Positions 1-10,539 of a stretch of 64,000 nucleotides of DNA are shown in pieces. The stretch spans positions 6,506-70,505 of the forward strand of contig JBBRXO010000002.1 in NCBI GenBank assembly GCA_038248345.1. Reading direction: 5' to 3'. This DNA is from Armatimonadota bacterium (GTDB taxonomy: Bacteria > Armatimonadota > Hebobacteria > CAIYQO01). Below the pieces are notes generated by a model. That model had not been told where the DNA came from, ran no database searches, and worked only from the letters and a program-made list of their open reading frames with translations. The position numbers were made by a program, and so were the translations under genes. Position 1 is the first letter of the stretch; each line of letters starts with the position of its first letter.

Positions 1-323
1 CCACAGCCGCCGGCAGTGATCAATTTGATAATCCCCAACGTGGTGTAACCCATGTAGAAACGATCTACTCCCAGACCGCCGAGGAAGAAGGACAGCAATA
101 CTGCCGTCAGCCAATCGCGCTGCCCGGGCATCGCCCCGATCCCCCCCTGCTGCATGTTGGGACTGTTTAATCCAGCGCCACAATTCACACATGCAACTGC
201 AATAGGAGCAGTACCATTGCCACAATTCGGGCAAAATGCTCTCCCCGTACCTAGTGAAACGCCACATTTGACGCATACCGCCGCACCCGGCCCAGATTGT
301 TGACCGCAATTTCTGCAAAACAT
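1..323 (-). CDS. Zinc-ribbon + TM2-domain membrane protein (3' end cut by window edge); translation from ATG at 323..321 gives MFCRNCGQQSGPG...CPNCG...LGGLGVDRFYMGYTTLGIIKL
   Basis: My own minus-strand translation; double CxxC zinc-ribbon motifs followed by the TM2 DRFY(L/M)G motif; AGGAGG RBS 8 nt upstream of the ATG; not in the ORF track because it runs off the window. Confidence 0.5.
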   Translation of the reverse strand, partial: MFCRNCGQQSGPGAAVCVKCGVSLGTGRAFCPNCGNGTAPIAVACVNCGAGLNSPNMQQGGIGAMPGQRDWLTAVLLSFFLGGLGVDRFYMGYTTLGIIKLITAGGC

Positions 324-396
324 GACCTGATATACCTCCTTTAAAATTACGCCTGCATGATAGCACATTCTTTTGGCGCACTATCCAATACTTTTG

Positions 397-430
397 ACAT
401 TACTAATAGAATCCCTGCTATAAATAAAAT
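397..430 (+). promoter_or_regulatory. Candidate sigma70-type promoter (TTGACA-N19-TATAAA) upstream of the PHP/dipeptidase pair
   Basis: ttgacattactaatagaatccctgctataaat read directly; spacing slightly long. Confidence 0.3.
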
Positions 431-611
431 TTTTTATCACTAATTCTGACATTTTGCGCTATACCAGTATTACCCACCATGATTTATCCCCTTCATCTCG
501 CTTCGTGTCTTCGTGGTTCAATCTAAAAACCAAGCAGGACTTCCCCCCCAACACACGGAAAATCTAATTAGTGGCGATATCGCCTATTAAATCTCTGGAG
601 TTACAAACATC

Positions 612-1970
612 ATGGAAATACCCGCTAAATATTCATCTGCCATTGCCCGCCTGAATGCCCACACTTGCGCGGAAAGACTGATCGCCGCACGGGAACTGGC
701 TGCCGGGGTCGCCTGCGGTGATATCACCTTGCCAGTGCGCACCGTGGAGGTAAACAACCACGTCCACACCAGCTACTCCTTCAGCCCCTATTCGCCCACC
801 GCCGCTGCGTGGGGGGCGATGAGCGCCGGGCTGCAGGCGGTGGGGATCATGGATCATGACTCGGTGGCGGGCGTGGAGGAGATGCTGGCCGCGGGCGCTA
901 TCTTCGGCATCGCCACCACCGCCGGCTTCGAGGTACGTGTGCGTATGAATGACACCCCCTTCGCCGGGCGCGCGCTCAACGGCCCCGGTCTCACCGGCAT
1001 CGCCTACATCGCCATCCACGGCATCCCCGCCCCCATGGTGGGCCGCTGTGCGGAGTTCCTGCGCCCGGTGAATGCCGCCCGCAACGCCCGCAACCGCGCC
1101 ATGGTAGCCCGGCTGAATGAGCTGCTGGCTGAGCAAGGTGTCCCCGCCGTCGACTACGAGGCGGAGGTCTACGCGCACTCCTGCGCCGCCGAGGGGGGCA
1201 GCATCACCGAGCGGCACATCCTTGCAGCGCTCTCGCAAAAGCTCATCGACGAGTACGGCAAAGGCACAGCGCTGGTGACCATGTTGAAGGAGAAACTCAA
1301 GCTGGAACTGCCCGGCAAAATCCGTGGCTTTCTGCTTGACACTACCAACCCCCACTACCTGTATGATTTACTCGGCGTGCTCAAGTCGAGCTACACAGAT
1401 GCCTTCTTCATCGATCCCGGCCCGGACGAATGTCCCGATGTACGTGCAGCTCTGGCGCTAGCCGAGGAGATCGGCGCAATCTCCGCCTACGCCTACCTGG
1501 GCGATGTCACCGAGTCCCCCACGGGTGATAAGAAGGCGGAGAAGTTTGAGGATGAGTTCCTGGACGAGCTGATAATCTGCCTGCGCGAGTTAGGTTTCCG
1601 CGCCATCACCTACATGCCGCCGCGCAACACCCCGGCGCAACTTGCGCGTATCGGCGCCCTCTGCGAGGAAAACGGCCTGCTGCAGATCTCCGGCGTGGAC
1701 ATCAACAGCTCACGACAGAGCTTCAACTGCCCGGAGATATTGGACCCGCGCCACGCTGGCCTCATCAGCGCCACCTGGGCGCTCATCGGACACGAGAAAC
1801 TGGCCTCGGTAGCGCCACAATACGGATTCTTCCAACCGCTGGTCATCTCGAAATATCCGGCATTGACTGAGCGTTTGAAAGCCTTCGCTGAAGTCGGTAT
1901 GGCACTCGATCAACACCACCCTCAGAGAATGCCAGCGGCAGCGAAGAATGTCGGCTATCAACCATGCTGA
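612..1970 (+). CDS. PHP (polymerase/histidinol-phosphatase) domain metal-dependent phosphoesterase
   Basis: N-terminal VEVNNHVHTSYSFSPYSP motif typical of PHP domains; 4-nt overlap with the downstream dipeptidase gene. Confidence 0.55.
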   Translation: MEIPAKYSSAIARLNAHTCAERLIAARELAAGVACGDITLPVRTVEVNNHVHTSYSFSPYSPTAAAWGAMSAGLQAVGIMDHDSVAGVEEMLAAGAIFGIATTAGFEVRVRMNDTPFAGRALNGPGLTGIAYIAIHGIPAPMVGRCAEFLRPVNAARNARNRAMVARLNELLAEQGVPAVDYEAEVYAHSCAAEGGSITERHILAALSQKLIDEYGKGTALVTMLKEKLKLELPGKIRGFLLDTTNPHYLYDLLGVLKSSYTDAFFIDPGPDECPDVRAALALAEEIGAISAYAYLGDVTESPTGDKKAEKFEDEFLDELIICLRELGFRAITYMPPRNTPAQLARIGALCEENGLLQISGVDINSSRQSFNCPEILDPRHAGLISATWALIGHEKLASVAPQYGFFQPLVISKYPALTERLKAFAEVGMALDQHHPQRMPAAAKNVGYQPC

Positions 1971-2995
1971 TTATCGACGGACATCTAGACTTGGCGTGGA
2001 ATGCTCTCGCGTTGGGCCGAGATATAACCCAGCCGCTGGCTGTGATTCGCGCCCTTGAAGGTGAAGTACCCGCGCATGGTGCCGGGGTGGCCACCGTATG
2101 CCTCCCTTCCTTGCGTACTGCAGGCGTGCGCGTGGCAATAGCGACAATATTCGCCGCTCCGCACAGCGAGCACCAACCAGACGGATACCACACAGCAGAA
2201 GAAGCCTACGCGCAAGGCAAAGCACAACTTCGCTATTACCAGCAACTGGAAGATGACGGAGAAATACGCATCATCCGCACGCGGCAACAGCTCGCTGAGT
2301 CCATCGCTGGTGAAGGTGCCTCGCCCGGCATCGTCTTGCTCCTAGAGGGCGCGGAACCGCTTCGCACCCCCGCCGACCTGGTGGAGTACTTTGCCGTCGG
2401 TGTGCGCATTGTTGGGCCTGCCTGGCACGCCACCCGCTACGCCGGAGGTACCGGAGAACCGGGGCCACTCACCGTAATGGGAGGGGAATTGCTGCAGGAG
2501 ATGGATCGCCTGGGTGTCGCTTTGGATATCAGCCACCTGGCCGAGGAAGCCTGTACGCAGGCATTTGCGCTTTTCCCTGGCAATATCATCGCTTCCCACT
2601 GCAATGCCCGCCACATTACCGCGGTAGAGCGCAATCTCACCGACGCGCACATGCAGCAAATAGTGGCGCATGGTGGTGTAATCGGCCTCGTACTCTACAA
2701 CCGCTTCATTCGTAATGGTTGGAGCGAAAAAGATGGCAAGGATGCTGTTTCATTGAATCACCTGCTGGAACATGCTCGCTACATCGCGGCGACAATCGGC
2801 GCAAAACATTTGGCGCTCGGGAGTGACATGGACGGCGGGTTGGGGCGTGACGACATCCCATGCGAACTTGATTCCTGCGCTGATTACGCAAAAATTTCCG
2901 CCGCCCTGGCGATGAGCGGCTTCACCGACGAAGAAATTACGGGGATAATGGGCGGCAACTGGGCACGAGTGTTGGATCAACTGCTACCGAGTTAG
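1964..2995 (+). CDS. Membrane dipeptidase (peptidase M19, renal-dipeptidase family)
   Basis: Starts MLIIDGHLDLAWN..., the M19 signature DGHxDL; TAG stop. Confidence 0.7.
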   Translation: MLIIDGHLDLAWNALALGRDITQPLAVIRALEGEVPAHGAGVATVCLPSLRTAGVRVAIATIFAAPHSEHQPDGYHTAEEAYAQGKAQLRYYQQLEDDGEIRIIRTRQQLAESIAGEGASPGIVLLLEGAEPLRTPADLVEYFAVGVRIVGPAWHATRYAGGTGEPGPLTVMGGELLQEMDRLGVALDISHLAEEACTQAFALFPGNIIASHCNARHITAVERNLTDAHMQQIVAHGGVIGLVLYNRFIRNGWSEKDGKDAVSLNHLLEHARYIAATIGAKHLALGSDMDGGLGRDDIPCELDSCADYAKISAALAMSGFTDEEITGIMGGNWARVLDQLLPS

Positions 2996-4438
2996 CAGCG
3001 ATTGCCGTACGATGTCGATGAGCGGTGTAGCGAACAATGCTGCGGCCAATAACAACGCCGCCCCGATAAAGGCGGGGAATATCCCCCACCCGGCGCCATC
3101 CCGCAGGGAAGGCGTAGTCTGGTGTGCCAGCCAGCGCGGTAAAGTGAATCCCACAGCTATTGCCATTAACCCTAATGCGACCACCACTAGCCACGGAGCA
3201 TATAGGATAGGCCAATGGGATTTTAGCGCGATAAACCCCGGTGTTAATGGTACCGCGCAGAGGGACGCCAGTGCCACAATCATACTGACGATAACGACCA
3301 CCCGCTCACTTCGTTCCTTAAGGGTGAGCGCGGGCAATATACCGCCCCCCGCCAGCCACACCAGCATGGCCGATAACCAGGCGAATTGCGTCCAGAGGAT
3401 GCCGCTGATATTGTCTTTCACCCCTGCCCCACCGTGCGCCTGAAAACCTGCCGCCAGTCCCAATAGTAGCATCCCCCCGAGGACGAGCGCGAGCGGGTGC
3501 AGATATGCAAGCGAAATCCGGCGCTTGCGTGCCACTATCGCCAGATACACCTGCCAGATTACTCCACCATAAACGGCGAGCATCCCCCACCCGGCCAGCC
3601 ACACCAGAACCTTATTCAGCAGATATAGTTGATCAATATTCACATTCGGAAGTGCCTGTAACTCGGAACCGGGAAAGGTGAAACAGACCAACCGCACTAG
3701 CGTCAGTACGCCGGTGAGTGCGAGTATCCCCGCCGCCGGTTGCCAGACCATCCGGGCATCTTCACGGCGTAACCATAGCCACCAGGGAAGATATACTGCC
3801 GGGCACAGCATTCCCAGCATCACCATCAGCAAAGCGGCGCTGCTGGCACCTACAGACGAATTCAATAACACCTGCCATAGATTAGTAAGCGGGGCGCCGT
3901 TGGTGATACGCATAAGCCACCAGAGTCCCACCATGCCGAGAACTGCGCAGAGTAACAATACCAGACTGATCTCTACGTCGCGCCAACGCCAGTCAGGGCG
4001 GCAGATATACCACCAGAAGAGATATACCCCTACTGATAACAGCAGCCAGCAACAAAGAGTGAGGGGTTGATTGATACTGAAGAGGAGTAACTCAGCTAGG
4101 AATGTTATAATAAAGATGATGCCAAAGGGGAGAATAGTATTCGGCACCAGACTTCGCCGCGCGGCGGGCACCCAGGAAAGTAACGCCAACGTAAGACCGA
4201 GCAGTGCCGTCCCCCAACAGGAATAGCTATCCGCACGCAGGAGGGGGAATTGCTGTTGCTGCGATCCTATAAATATTGGCTCGATAATGCCAGGGAGCGC
4301 TGCCAGGGATAGCACGGAGATACCCAGGCCTATTGCCACTGCAAACCACGCAGGGGCACGAACTGCCTGCTGGTATTCATGTTCCGGCAAACGACGCAAT
4401 GCCCGGATGGAGAGCGCGTAGATTATCAATGCCCCCAC
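2984..4438 (-). CDS. Polytopic integral membrane protein, function unknown (about 12+ predicted TM helices, W/L-rich)
   Basis: Hydrophobicity pattern of the 484-aa translation; sits at the distal end of the pilus operon. Confidence 0.4.
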   Translation of the reverse strand: MGALIIYALSIRALRRLPEHEYQQAVRAPAWFAVAIGLGISVLSLAALPGIIEPIFIGSQQQQFPLLRADSYSCWGTALLGLTLALLSWVPAARRSLVPNTILPFGIIFIITFLAELLLFSINQPLTLCCWLLLSVGVYLFWWYICRPDWRWRDVEISLVLLLCAVLGMVGLWWLMRITNGAPLTNLWQVLLNSSVGASSAALLMVMLGMLCPAVYLPWWLWLRREDARMVWQPAAGILALTGVLTLVRLVCFTFPGSELQALPNVNIDQLYLLNKVLVWLAGWGMLAVYGGVIWQVYLAIVARKRRISLAYLHPLALVLGGMLLLGLAAGFQAHGGAGVKDNISGILWTQFAWLSAMLVWLAGGGILPALTLKERSERVVVIVSMIVALASLCAVPLTPGFIALKSHWPILYAPWLVVVALGLMAIAVGFTLPRWLAHQTTPSLRDGAGWGIFPAFIGAALLLAAALFATPLIDIVRQSLLTR

Positions 4439-4547
4439 CGCGAGTAGCGGGAAAAGCAGAATTATGATTACTAACAGATCAGCAGTAATGGCAGTATCTC
4501 CGTAAACCTGGGGCTTCTATTGCACTATGGATGACTACTCCCCATGT

Positions 4548-6263
4548 CTACTCGGCATATATGACGCGCAATGCCTCTTCCATGGTGGTGATACCTTCCA
4601 GAATCTTCCCCATGGCATCTTGCTTCAGCGATATCATACCTTCATCAAGGGCTGTCTGCCGGATAACATGTGTGGGAGCCTTCTGCAGCACCAACTCACG
4701 TACATCGTTAGTCATCTCCATAAATTCAAAGATGCCCAAACGACCCTTATACCCAGTGCCGCGGCAGAAACTGCACCCAGCTCCACGATAGAAGGTGGCA
4801 TCACTATCCAGCGAGATACCCAGGCGGTGCAATGCTTCTGGCGATGGCGTGTACGATTCTTTGCAACGTGGACAGATGCCGCGCACCAGTCGTTGTGCCA
4901 GGATACCGATAATGGAAGAAGACGAAAGGAACGGCTCAATGCCCATCTCTGTCAAACGTGCGATAGCCCCTGGAGCGTCATTAGTATGCAAGGTACTGAA
5001 TACCAGGTGACCGGTAAGCGCCGCCTCAATAGCGATGGTAGCTGTCTCCTGGTCACGCATTTCACCGACGAGAATAATATCCGGGTCCTGTCGGAGGAAG
5101 GTGCGTAGTACCGCCGGGAAGGTCATGCCCGCACGAACATTCACCGGGGCCTGCGTTAAACCCGCGAGCTGATACTCTACCGGGTCTTCCACAGTAAGGA
5201 TGTTTTTTTCTGGGCTATTGAGTGAGTTCAAGGTAGAATAGAGTGTTGTCGACTTACCCGAACCCGTCGGACCGGTGACAAGGATAATACCATAGCTGCG
5301 GTGTATAAGCCGATCGTAGATTTCCATCATTGCCGTGGGAATGCCGAGTTTACTTAAACTGACGGTGATACCACTCTTGTCGAGTACGCGCATAACGATC
5401 TTTTCGCCATGCACACTCGGGAGCGAAGATACACGAAAATCGTACTCTTTACGATTCATCTTTACTGAAATACGGCCATCCTGCGGGGCGCGTTTCTCGG
5501 AGATATCCATCTCAGCCATAACTTTAATACGGGATAATAACGCCGCCTGCGCCGATTTAGGTACGGTGGTCTCATCCTGCAGAATGCCGTCGATACGATA
5601 ACGTACCCGGACTTTCGTGGCCTCAGGCTGAATGTGAATATCCGAGGCTTTCTCATTCAACGCCTGCTGGATTATCATATTTACCAATTGGATAATTGGC
5701 GCATCGTCTACCAGTTCACGTAGTTTATCCAGCGAGATGTCATCGTCTTCCTTGGTTCCCTCGTAGGAGATCTCCTCACTATCCACGGTGGCTTCATTAA
5801 CAACACGTCGGATGGTTTCATCCATTCGGTCGCCCGAGGAGAATAGCGATGATATTGCGTTACTCAGATCCTCTTCTATAGTAATGACCGGGTCGATCTC
5901 TAACCCAGTAGTAAGGCGAATCTGGTCGATGCTGAAGATATCCAGTGGGTTCTGCATCGCAACAGTCAGACGATTGCCACGTTTGGCGATAGCCAAGGCG
6001 CGGCAACGCTGAATAAGATGCTTGGGAATAAGATTTACAATGTCCTGATCTAATTCGTCTTCACGGATTTCGACAAAAGGGACATTCCACTGCCTGCCCA
6101 AAGCCCGGATGCGATCCCGCTCGCTGATCAGACTCATTTTAACCAGCAGCTGCCCCAGCGGTTCGCGTGTACCTTTCTGCACTTGCAAGGCACGATCGAG
6201 ATCTTCCTGACTCAATCCGGTAAGCTCCATTATTACTGATCCATATAAACGATGTCCTGCCAA
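4548..6263 (-). CDS. pilB: Type IV pilus / type II secretion assembly ATPase (PilB/GspE family)
   Basis: GspE N-terminal domain (MELTGLSQEDLDRALQVQKG...), Walker A GPTGSGKSTTLY, tetracysteine motif CPRC...CSFC; likely TTG start at 6263 with an AGAGGGG RBS (in-frame ATG at 6230). Confidence 0.8.
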   Translation of the reverse strand: MAGHRLYGSVIMELTGLSQEDLDRALQVQKGTREPLGQLLVKMSLISERDRIRALGRQWNVPFVEIREDELDQDIVNLIPKHLIQRCRALAIAKRGNRLTVAMQNPLDIFSIDQIRLTTGLEIDPVITIEEDLSNAISSLFSSGDRMDETIRRVVNEATVDSEEISYEGTKEDDDISLDKLRELVDDAPIIQLVNMIIQQALNEKASDIHIQPEATKVRVRYRIDGILQDETTVPKSAQAALLSRIKVMAEMDISEKRAPQDGRISVKMNRKEYDFRVSSLPSVHGEKIVMRVLDKSGITVSLSKLGIPTAMMEIYDRLIHRSYGIILVTGPTGSGKSTTLYSTLNSLNSPEKNILTVEDPVEYQLAGLTQAPVNVRAGMTFPAVLRTFLRQDPDIILVGEMRDQETATIAIEAALTGHLVFSTLHTNDAPGAIARLTEMGIEPFLSSSSIIGILAQRLVRGICPRCKESYTPSPEALHRLGISLDSDATFYRGAGCSFCRGTGYKGRLGIFEFMEMTNDVRELVLQKAPTHVIRQTALDEGMISLKQDAMGKILEGITTMEEALRVIYAE

Positions 6264-6366
6264 CGTGAACTACCCCTCTTTATTACGGATACTGCCCCGG
6301 TAACATGATATCATACCGGGGCAACTACCGTGTGTCTTTATTTGTACCGATATCAACTCAATTTAG

Positions 6367-7203
6367 CTACAGATTTGGACTAGCCAAATCCTTGACTACA
6401 TTTACAATCATAGAGTTGATGCTGACATTCCCATCTGGTGTGCGGATTTTCACAGAAACTTTTACGGATATCGCCGGGTAGGTGAATCCACCCGCCGGGT
6501 TCGAAATAGGAGTCAACACCGGTGCTGTCCAACTCGGATTACGAATGTTAGCGTTGTCAAATGCGCCTACATCAGGTGTTGCCGACCACTCAAATGTAGC
6601 ATTCCCGTCGATCCCAATATCAGACATAATTGTTTCGGCAGGTTTACTGGCATCAAAAGGGATGTCCAACATCTTCACTCGCTTGCCCGACTCAACGTTT
6701 GAATACAGGAAAGGGTTCTTCGGTGGAACATAAGAATCCTTGAAGATGTTGTCATAGTCAAAGGCGAAATAGACTGAAGTACGCGGTATTACCCGAATAT
6801 TAAGTTCGGAAGTGGTTTCACCCCCAAGCTTCGTCTTCACATGCAGTTTCAACACAATATTTACCGGCTGTTCATCCTTACCAATATTTGGTGCTTGCCA
6901 TACATTCTGCAGCGAATATGGTGCAGTGACCAGAAATATACCCGTTTTAGCAGGATATAGGGGGTCTGGTATGATTGACCACTCAGCGTTTACTACACCG
7001 TTTTTGGTAGCGTCACTTACGGCAACGTCGGCCTTGATATTCAGGGTGGCACCAGAAGGGAAGTTCTGCAAATCCAGCGCATTATCCAAATTCCAGGTTA
7101 TCACCGGATCGAGATCCGGTGAAGGGCCAAAGCATCCGGTTACCCCTATCCCCAATATGAAGAGAGTCGCCGCTACAGATATAATCTTTTGCCATTGTTT
7201 CAT
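6367..7203 (-). CDS. Lipoprotein of unknown function (signal peptide plus lipobox VTGC)
   Basis: MKQWQKIISVAATLFILGIGVTGCFG; AAGGAGGG RBS; 12 nt downstream of the secretin gene, so it is an operon member. Confidence 0.45.
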   Translation of the reverse strand: MKQWQKIISVAATLFILGIGVTGCFGPSPDLDPVITWNLDNALDLQNFPSGATLNIKADVAVSDATKNGVVNAEWSIIPDPLYPAKTGIFLVTAPYSLQNVWQAPNIGKDEQPVNIVLKLHVKTKLGGETTSELNIRVIPRTSVYFAFDYDNIFKDSYVPPKNPFLYSNVESGKRVKMLDIPFDASKPAETIMSDIGIDGNATFEWSATPDVGAFDNANIRNPSWTAPVLTPISNPAGGFTYPAISVKVSVKIRTPDGNVSINSMIVNVVKDLASPNL

Positions 7204-7215
7204 AATAATCCCTCC

Positions 7216-10200
7216 TTAGTGGGCCGGCGGTGCCAATGCCGCCGGAATAGAGATAATTTGTCCTGTCGCGTTGGCCTTAGCCTGCGCATATTTGATGATA
7301 TTCGGTTGTACCACAATCAACAGCTCCTTACGTTGTGGAGATTTCTTTGTCGAGCTGAATAACCAGTTACCGATTAGCGGAATCTGGCCTAGCACCGGGA
7401 TGCTGGTACGGACAACACTATTAGTGGTCTGGATCATGCCGCCGATTACCAGCATCTCTCCGTCGCGAACCTTGACGGTGGTAGAACAGTTACTGGTGGT
7501 AATCACCGGCAGGTCAACCCCGTTATCTCTGCGGAAGGTCGGGTTATCTGTCACTGATGTGGTGATGTCCAAAGTGATGATACCATCGTTGGTAGTTTGC
7601 GGACGAACCTTCATTACTACACCAGTATCAATTGTTTGGGTGGTAAATACCGGCCCGTTATTCGTCTGATTGGTAACGGTCTGGTAGTAAATCTTACCGC
7701 CAGCCTGGAAGACCGTCTCTTTGCCTGACTGTACGGTAGTAGAAGGTCTACTTTCAATTCTCGCTTTATTCGTGGATGTTAGCGCCGCCAGACTAGTGCT
7801 GAAGGCGAGGGGGTCGCGGATTATACGCCCAAGCACTAACGGATTGCCACTCTGCGTTTCTCCGGTACCGATCGTGACCCCACCAGGCGTAACAACGCCG
7901 CCATTCACACCACCCCAGGTGATGCCCAGGTTCTTCACTTGACCTTCGTCAACACTGATAATCGTTGCCGTGATTTGAATCTGCGAAGGCTCAGTATCTG
8001 TCTCAAGTATCTTGGCTTCCGCTAATTTAACGATATCATCCGGACCCGATAGTTGCAAAATAACGTTATCGCTTGCGCCGGCAGTGGCACCGCCAAGTGA
8101 TGCAACTCCAGTACCTGAGTTCGTTGGAGTAGGCGTAGTGCCCATCGTATCAGGGCCAACCGATACCATCAGACCATCTTTGCCATACAGGTCGAGCAAC
8201 ATCGTTTTGGTACTATCAACTTTAACGAAGCGCAGGATCACTTGTCTGATCACTTTTCTCGGCCCATTGTCCAGACTGTTGAGCGTAGCCAAGGCCATCT
8301 CTACTGTCTCTTTGGGCCCCTGTAACTCAAACTTGCCAATCGGCTCTACAATGCTCAATGTCCCATCTGCCTTACGTACCACTGGCATCCCGAGTGAGCT
8401 GTTGCCCGCGGCTAGGCTGAAGATACTCGGCGGCAAGGTGATGATCGTCAACCCCTTAGCCTCATACTGCCCCAGCAGGTAGTTAATCGCCGTCGAGGCC
8501 GGGATGGAATCAACCTTGGTGACTACCTTGGCCATTGGGATATCGACATCCATAGTATTCAGTGATGCCAGCGCACTGTCGATGACATTCTTTGGGCCAT
8601 TCAAAATGATATCGTTGCTGGTCCAATTAGTACTCGTACCGCCAGGCATAGCTGCCCAGTTCGGATTAGGGAGGTAGGATACCTTCAAGCCAGCATCCTT
8701 ATAGCTGTTCTCCAGGTACTGCTTCACCTGTGCCGGAATAAGTGACTTGATATGGTATCTGCTCTCCACAATCGTTGCGGCTGTCGTATTGCCCGCGCCG
8801 GTAGTGGGGAGATCAATGGAGGCAATCAGACCTTTTGCTTCTGCAATGCTGCGCGCCGGACCGACAAGCATCAAGTGTGCATTGACTTCGGTTGCAATAA
8901 TATCCTTATAGGCAATTTTCAACGCCTCAATGGCTGCAGCAGGCGAAATATTTGTCAGTGTCAACACTGCATTGGTACTGGCATCTACATTTACACCCGG
9001 TGCGATATCAATTTTCGCCAGCAAAGTCTTAAGGGATTCGAGATTGTCTTTTGCTCCGACGATGTATATTCGATTGGTTCCCATCCCCATCACCTTCAGG
9101 TCTTTGTAGGTATTGGTGATGGCGGTAGTAGCCTCGGCAATAGTCAACTGCTGCAGTGTGTAGGTAAGATTACCTTCTACTTCAGGATTCCTGTCAATTA
9201 AGTCGAGGAAGTTTTTTGCGCTCTTTAAATTTAACACCGTGCCGATGAGCACGATTTGATTACCAGTCTCACCCACGGGAGCGCTTTTCACATCTTTATA
9301 GGGGAGCTCCAGCGCTTTGGCTACTTCTGCAGGACGCATATACTTCAATGTTACTAACATGTTGGTGATCGGTTCAGGTCCCTGTACCTTTTCAGTGTCA
9401 ATGAAATTAAGGAACTTCACCGCTTCCGCCAGACGTGGCGCGGTGCCCGCCAATACCAGCCGATCTACCGGCAGAAAAACGGTTTTAATGTCCTTATATA
9501 CGGTGCCTAATGCCGCGATGGCGTCCTCCTTGGATAACGCCTGCAGTCGATAGGTCACTGTTTCATCAGGTTGCGGCAAATTAACTGCCGCCGAGGAGGC
9601 GTCAATTAACTCCAGCAAGGATTTCGCCGCTTGAAGGCGCTCGGTAGAACCTAGCAGGAGTACCGTACCATTTGAGAAACCTTTCGCACGAACATCCCGC
9701 GCCGAGAGGCTTATCGCGGTTTCAGCATCAGCCGTCGTCATATTATGGAGCGTTACTACCTGTTGTGTCTCCAGCTGAGGATTTGTCCCGTTTGTACTTG
9801 GACTGTTTAGAACATTCAGGAAGGAGACGGCGGCCTTCAGCCGTGATGGCGCCCCCATGAGCACAATCCGACTATCCTTCATGGACTTTACCGTGACATC
9901 TTTGAAAACCACACCCAGTGCTGCTTCTGCATCCGCAGCAGTAACGTTATCCAGTTTCACTACCTGATATATCTCGGAAGCGCTTGTCCCGGAAATTGAG
10001 GCTGCGGTAAAATCCAACTGATCGATGAAAGATTTAGCGGCCTTGATTCGTGAAATTGAACCCACCAGCAGTACCCGGCCATCGACCGTCTTAACCTGCA
10101 CGTCCTTATACATTACCCCCAGCGCAGCCTCGACATCAGCCGGACTGATCTTTTGTAATGTCAAAATTGCGATCTGTTGATTTTGCACACCGTATTGGTC

Positions 10201-10539
10201 ATCGAGCGCCTTGGCGGTATTCACCACGTAGGTGCCATTGACACTTCGGTATGAATACTCGGTCATGCCGGTGATGACAGACAACGCTTCATCTACTGTC
10301 ATGTCGCTCAGGCGTAAGCTGATTGGGCCTTTGACCGTCGGTGAGATTACGATGTTTGTCCCCGTCGCGGTAGCCAGAGCCTGCAGTACTACCGGCAATT
10401 CAGCATTGACGAAATTCAATGACTGAATCTTCGTTTCTGCGTACGCCGAGCTTACTGCTACTGTCAATGCCAGAATAATTGCGACCTTAGCCGCCCGGCT
10501 CAATCGATAGAGATTTGCGATTATTCGTGCTCCTATCAT
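7216..10539 (-). CDS. pilQ: Type IV pilus secretin (PilQ/GspD family) with an N0-like domain followed by about 9-10 tandem 60-70-aa secretin-N-type repeats and a C-terminal secretin domain
   Basis: Signal peptide; recurring motif (A/I)ALG.VYKDV.V.....R(V/I)(L/V)L.G....L..AK.(F/L)(L/I)..(L/I)D about seven times; C-terminal ...SIPVLGQIPLIGNWLFSSTKKSPQRKELLIVVQPNII secretin signature; ATGA overlap with upstream pilP. Confidence 0.8.
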   Translation of the reverse strand: MIGARIIANLYRLSRAAKVAIILALTVAVSSAYAETKIQSLNFVNAELPVVLQALATATGTNIVISPTVKGPISLRLSDMTVDEALSVITGMTEYSYRSVNGTYVVNTAKALDDQYGVQNQQIAILTLQKISPADVEAALGVMYKDVQVKTVDGRVLLVGSISRIKAAKSFIDQLDFTAASISGTSASEIYQVVKLDNVTAADAEAALGVVFKDVTVKSMKDSRIVLMGAPSRLKAAVSFLNVLNSPSTNGTNPQLETQQVVTLHNMTTADAETAISLSARDVRAKGFSNGTVLLLGSTERLQAAKSLLELIDASSAAVNLPQPDETVTYRLQALSKEDAIAALGTVYKDIKTVFLPVDRLVLAGTAPRLAEAVKFLNFIDTEKVQGPEPITNMLVTLKYMRPAEVAKALELPYKDVKSAPVGETGNQIVLIGTVLNLKSAKNFLDLIDRNPEVEGNLTYTLQQLTIAEATTAITNTYKDLKVMGMGTNRIYIVGAKDNLESLKTLLAKIDIAPGVNVDASTNAVLTLTNISPAAAIEALKIAYKDIIATEVNAHLMLVGPARSIAEAKGLIASIDLPTTGAGNTTAATIVESRYHIKSLIPAQVKQYLENSYKDAGLKVSYLPNPNWAAMPGGTSTNWTSNDIILNGPKNVIDSALASLNTMDVDIPMAKVVTKVDSIPASTAINYLLGQYEAKGLTIITLPPSIFSLAAGNSSLGMPVVRKADGTLSIVEPIGKFELQGPKETVEMALATLNSLDNGPRKVIRQVILRFVKVDSTKTMLLDLYGKDGLMVSVGPDTMGTTPTPTNSGTGVASLGGATAGASDNVILQLSGPDDIVKLAEAKILETDTEPSQIQITATIISVDEGQVKNLGITWGGVNGGVVTPGGVTIGTGETQSGNPLVLGRIIRDPLAFSTSLAALTSTNKARIESRPSTTVQSGKETVFQAGGKIYYQTVTNQTNNGPVFTTQTIDTGVVMKVRPQTTNDGIITLDITTSVTDNPTFRRDNGVDLPVITTSNCSTTVKVRDGEMLVIGGMIQTTNSVVRTSIPVLGQIPLIGNWLFSSTKKSPQRKELLIVVQPNIIKYAQAKANATGQIISIPAALAPPAH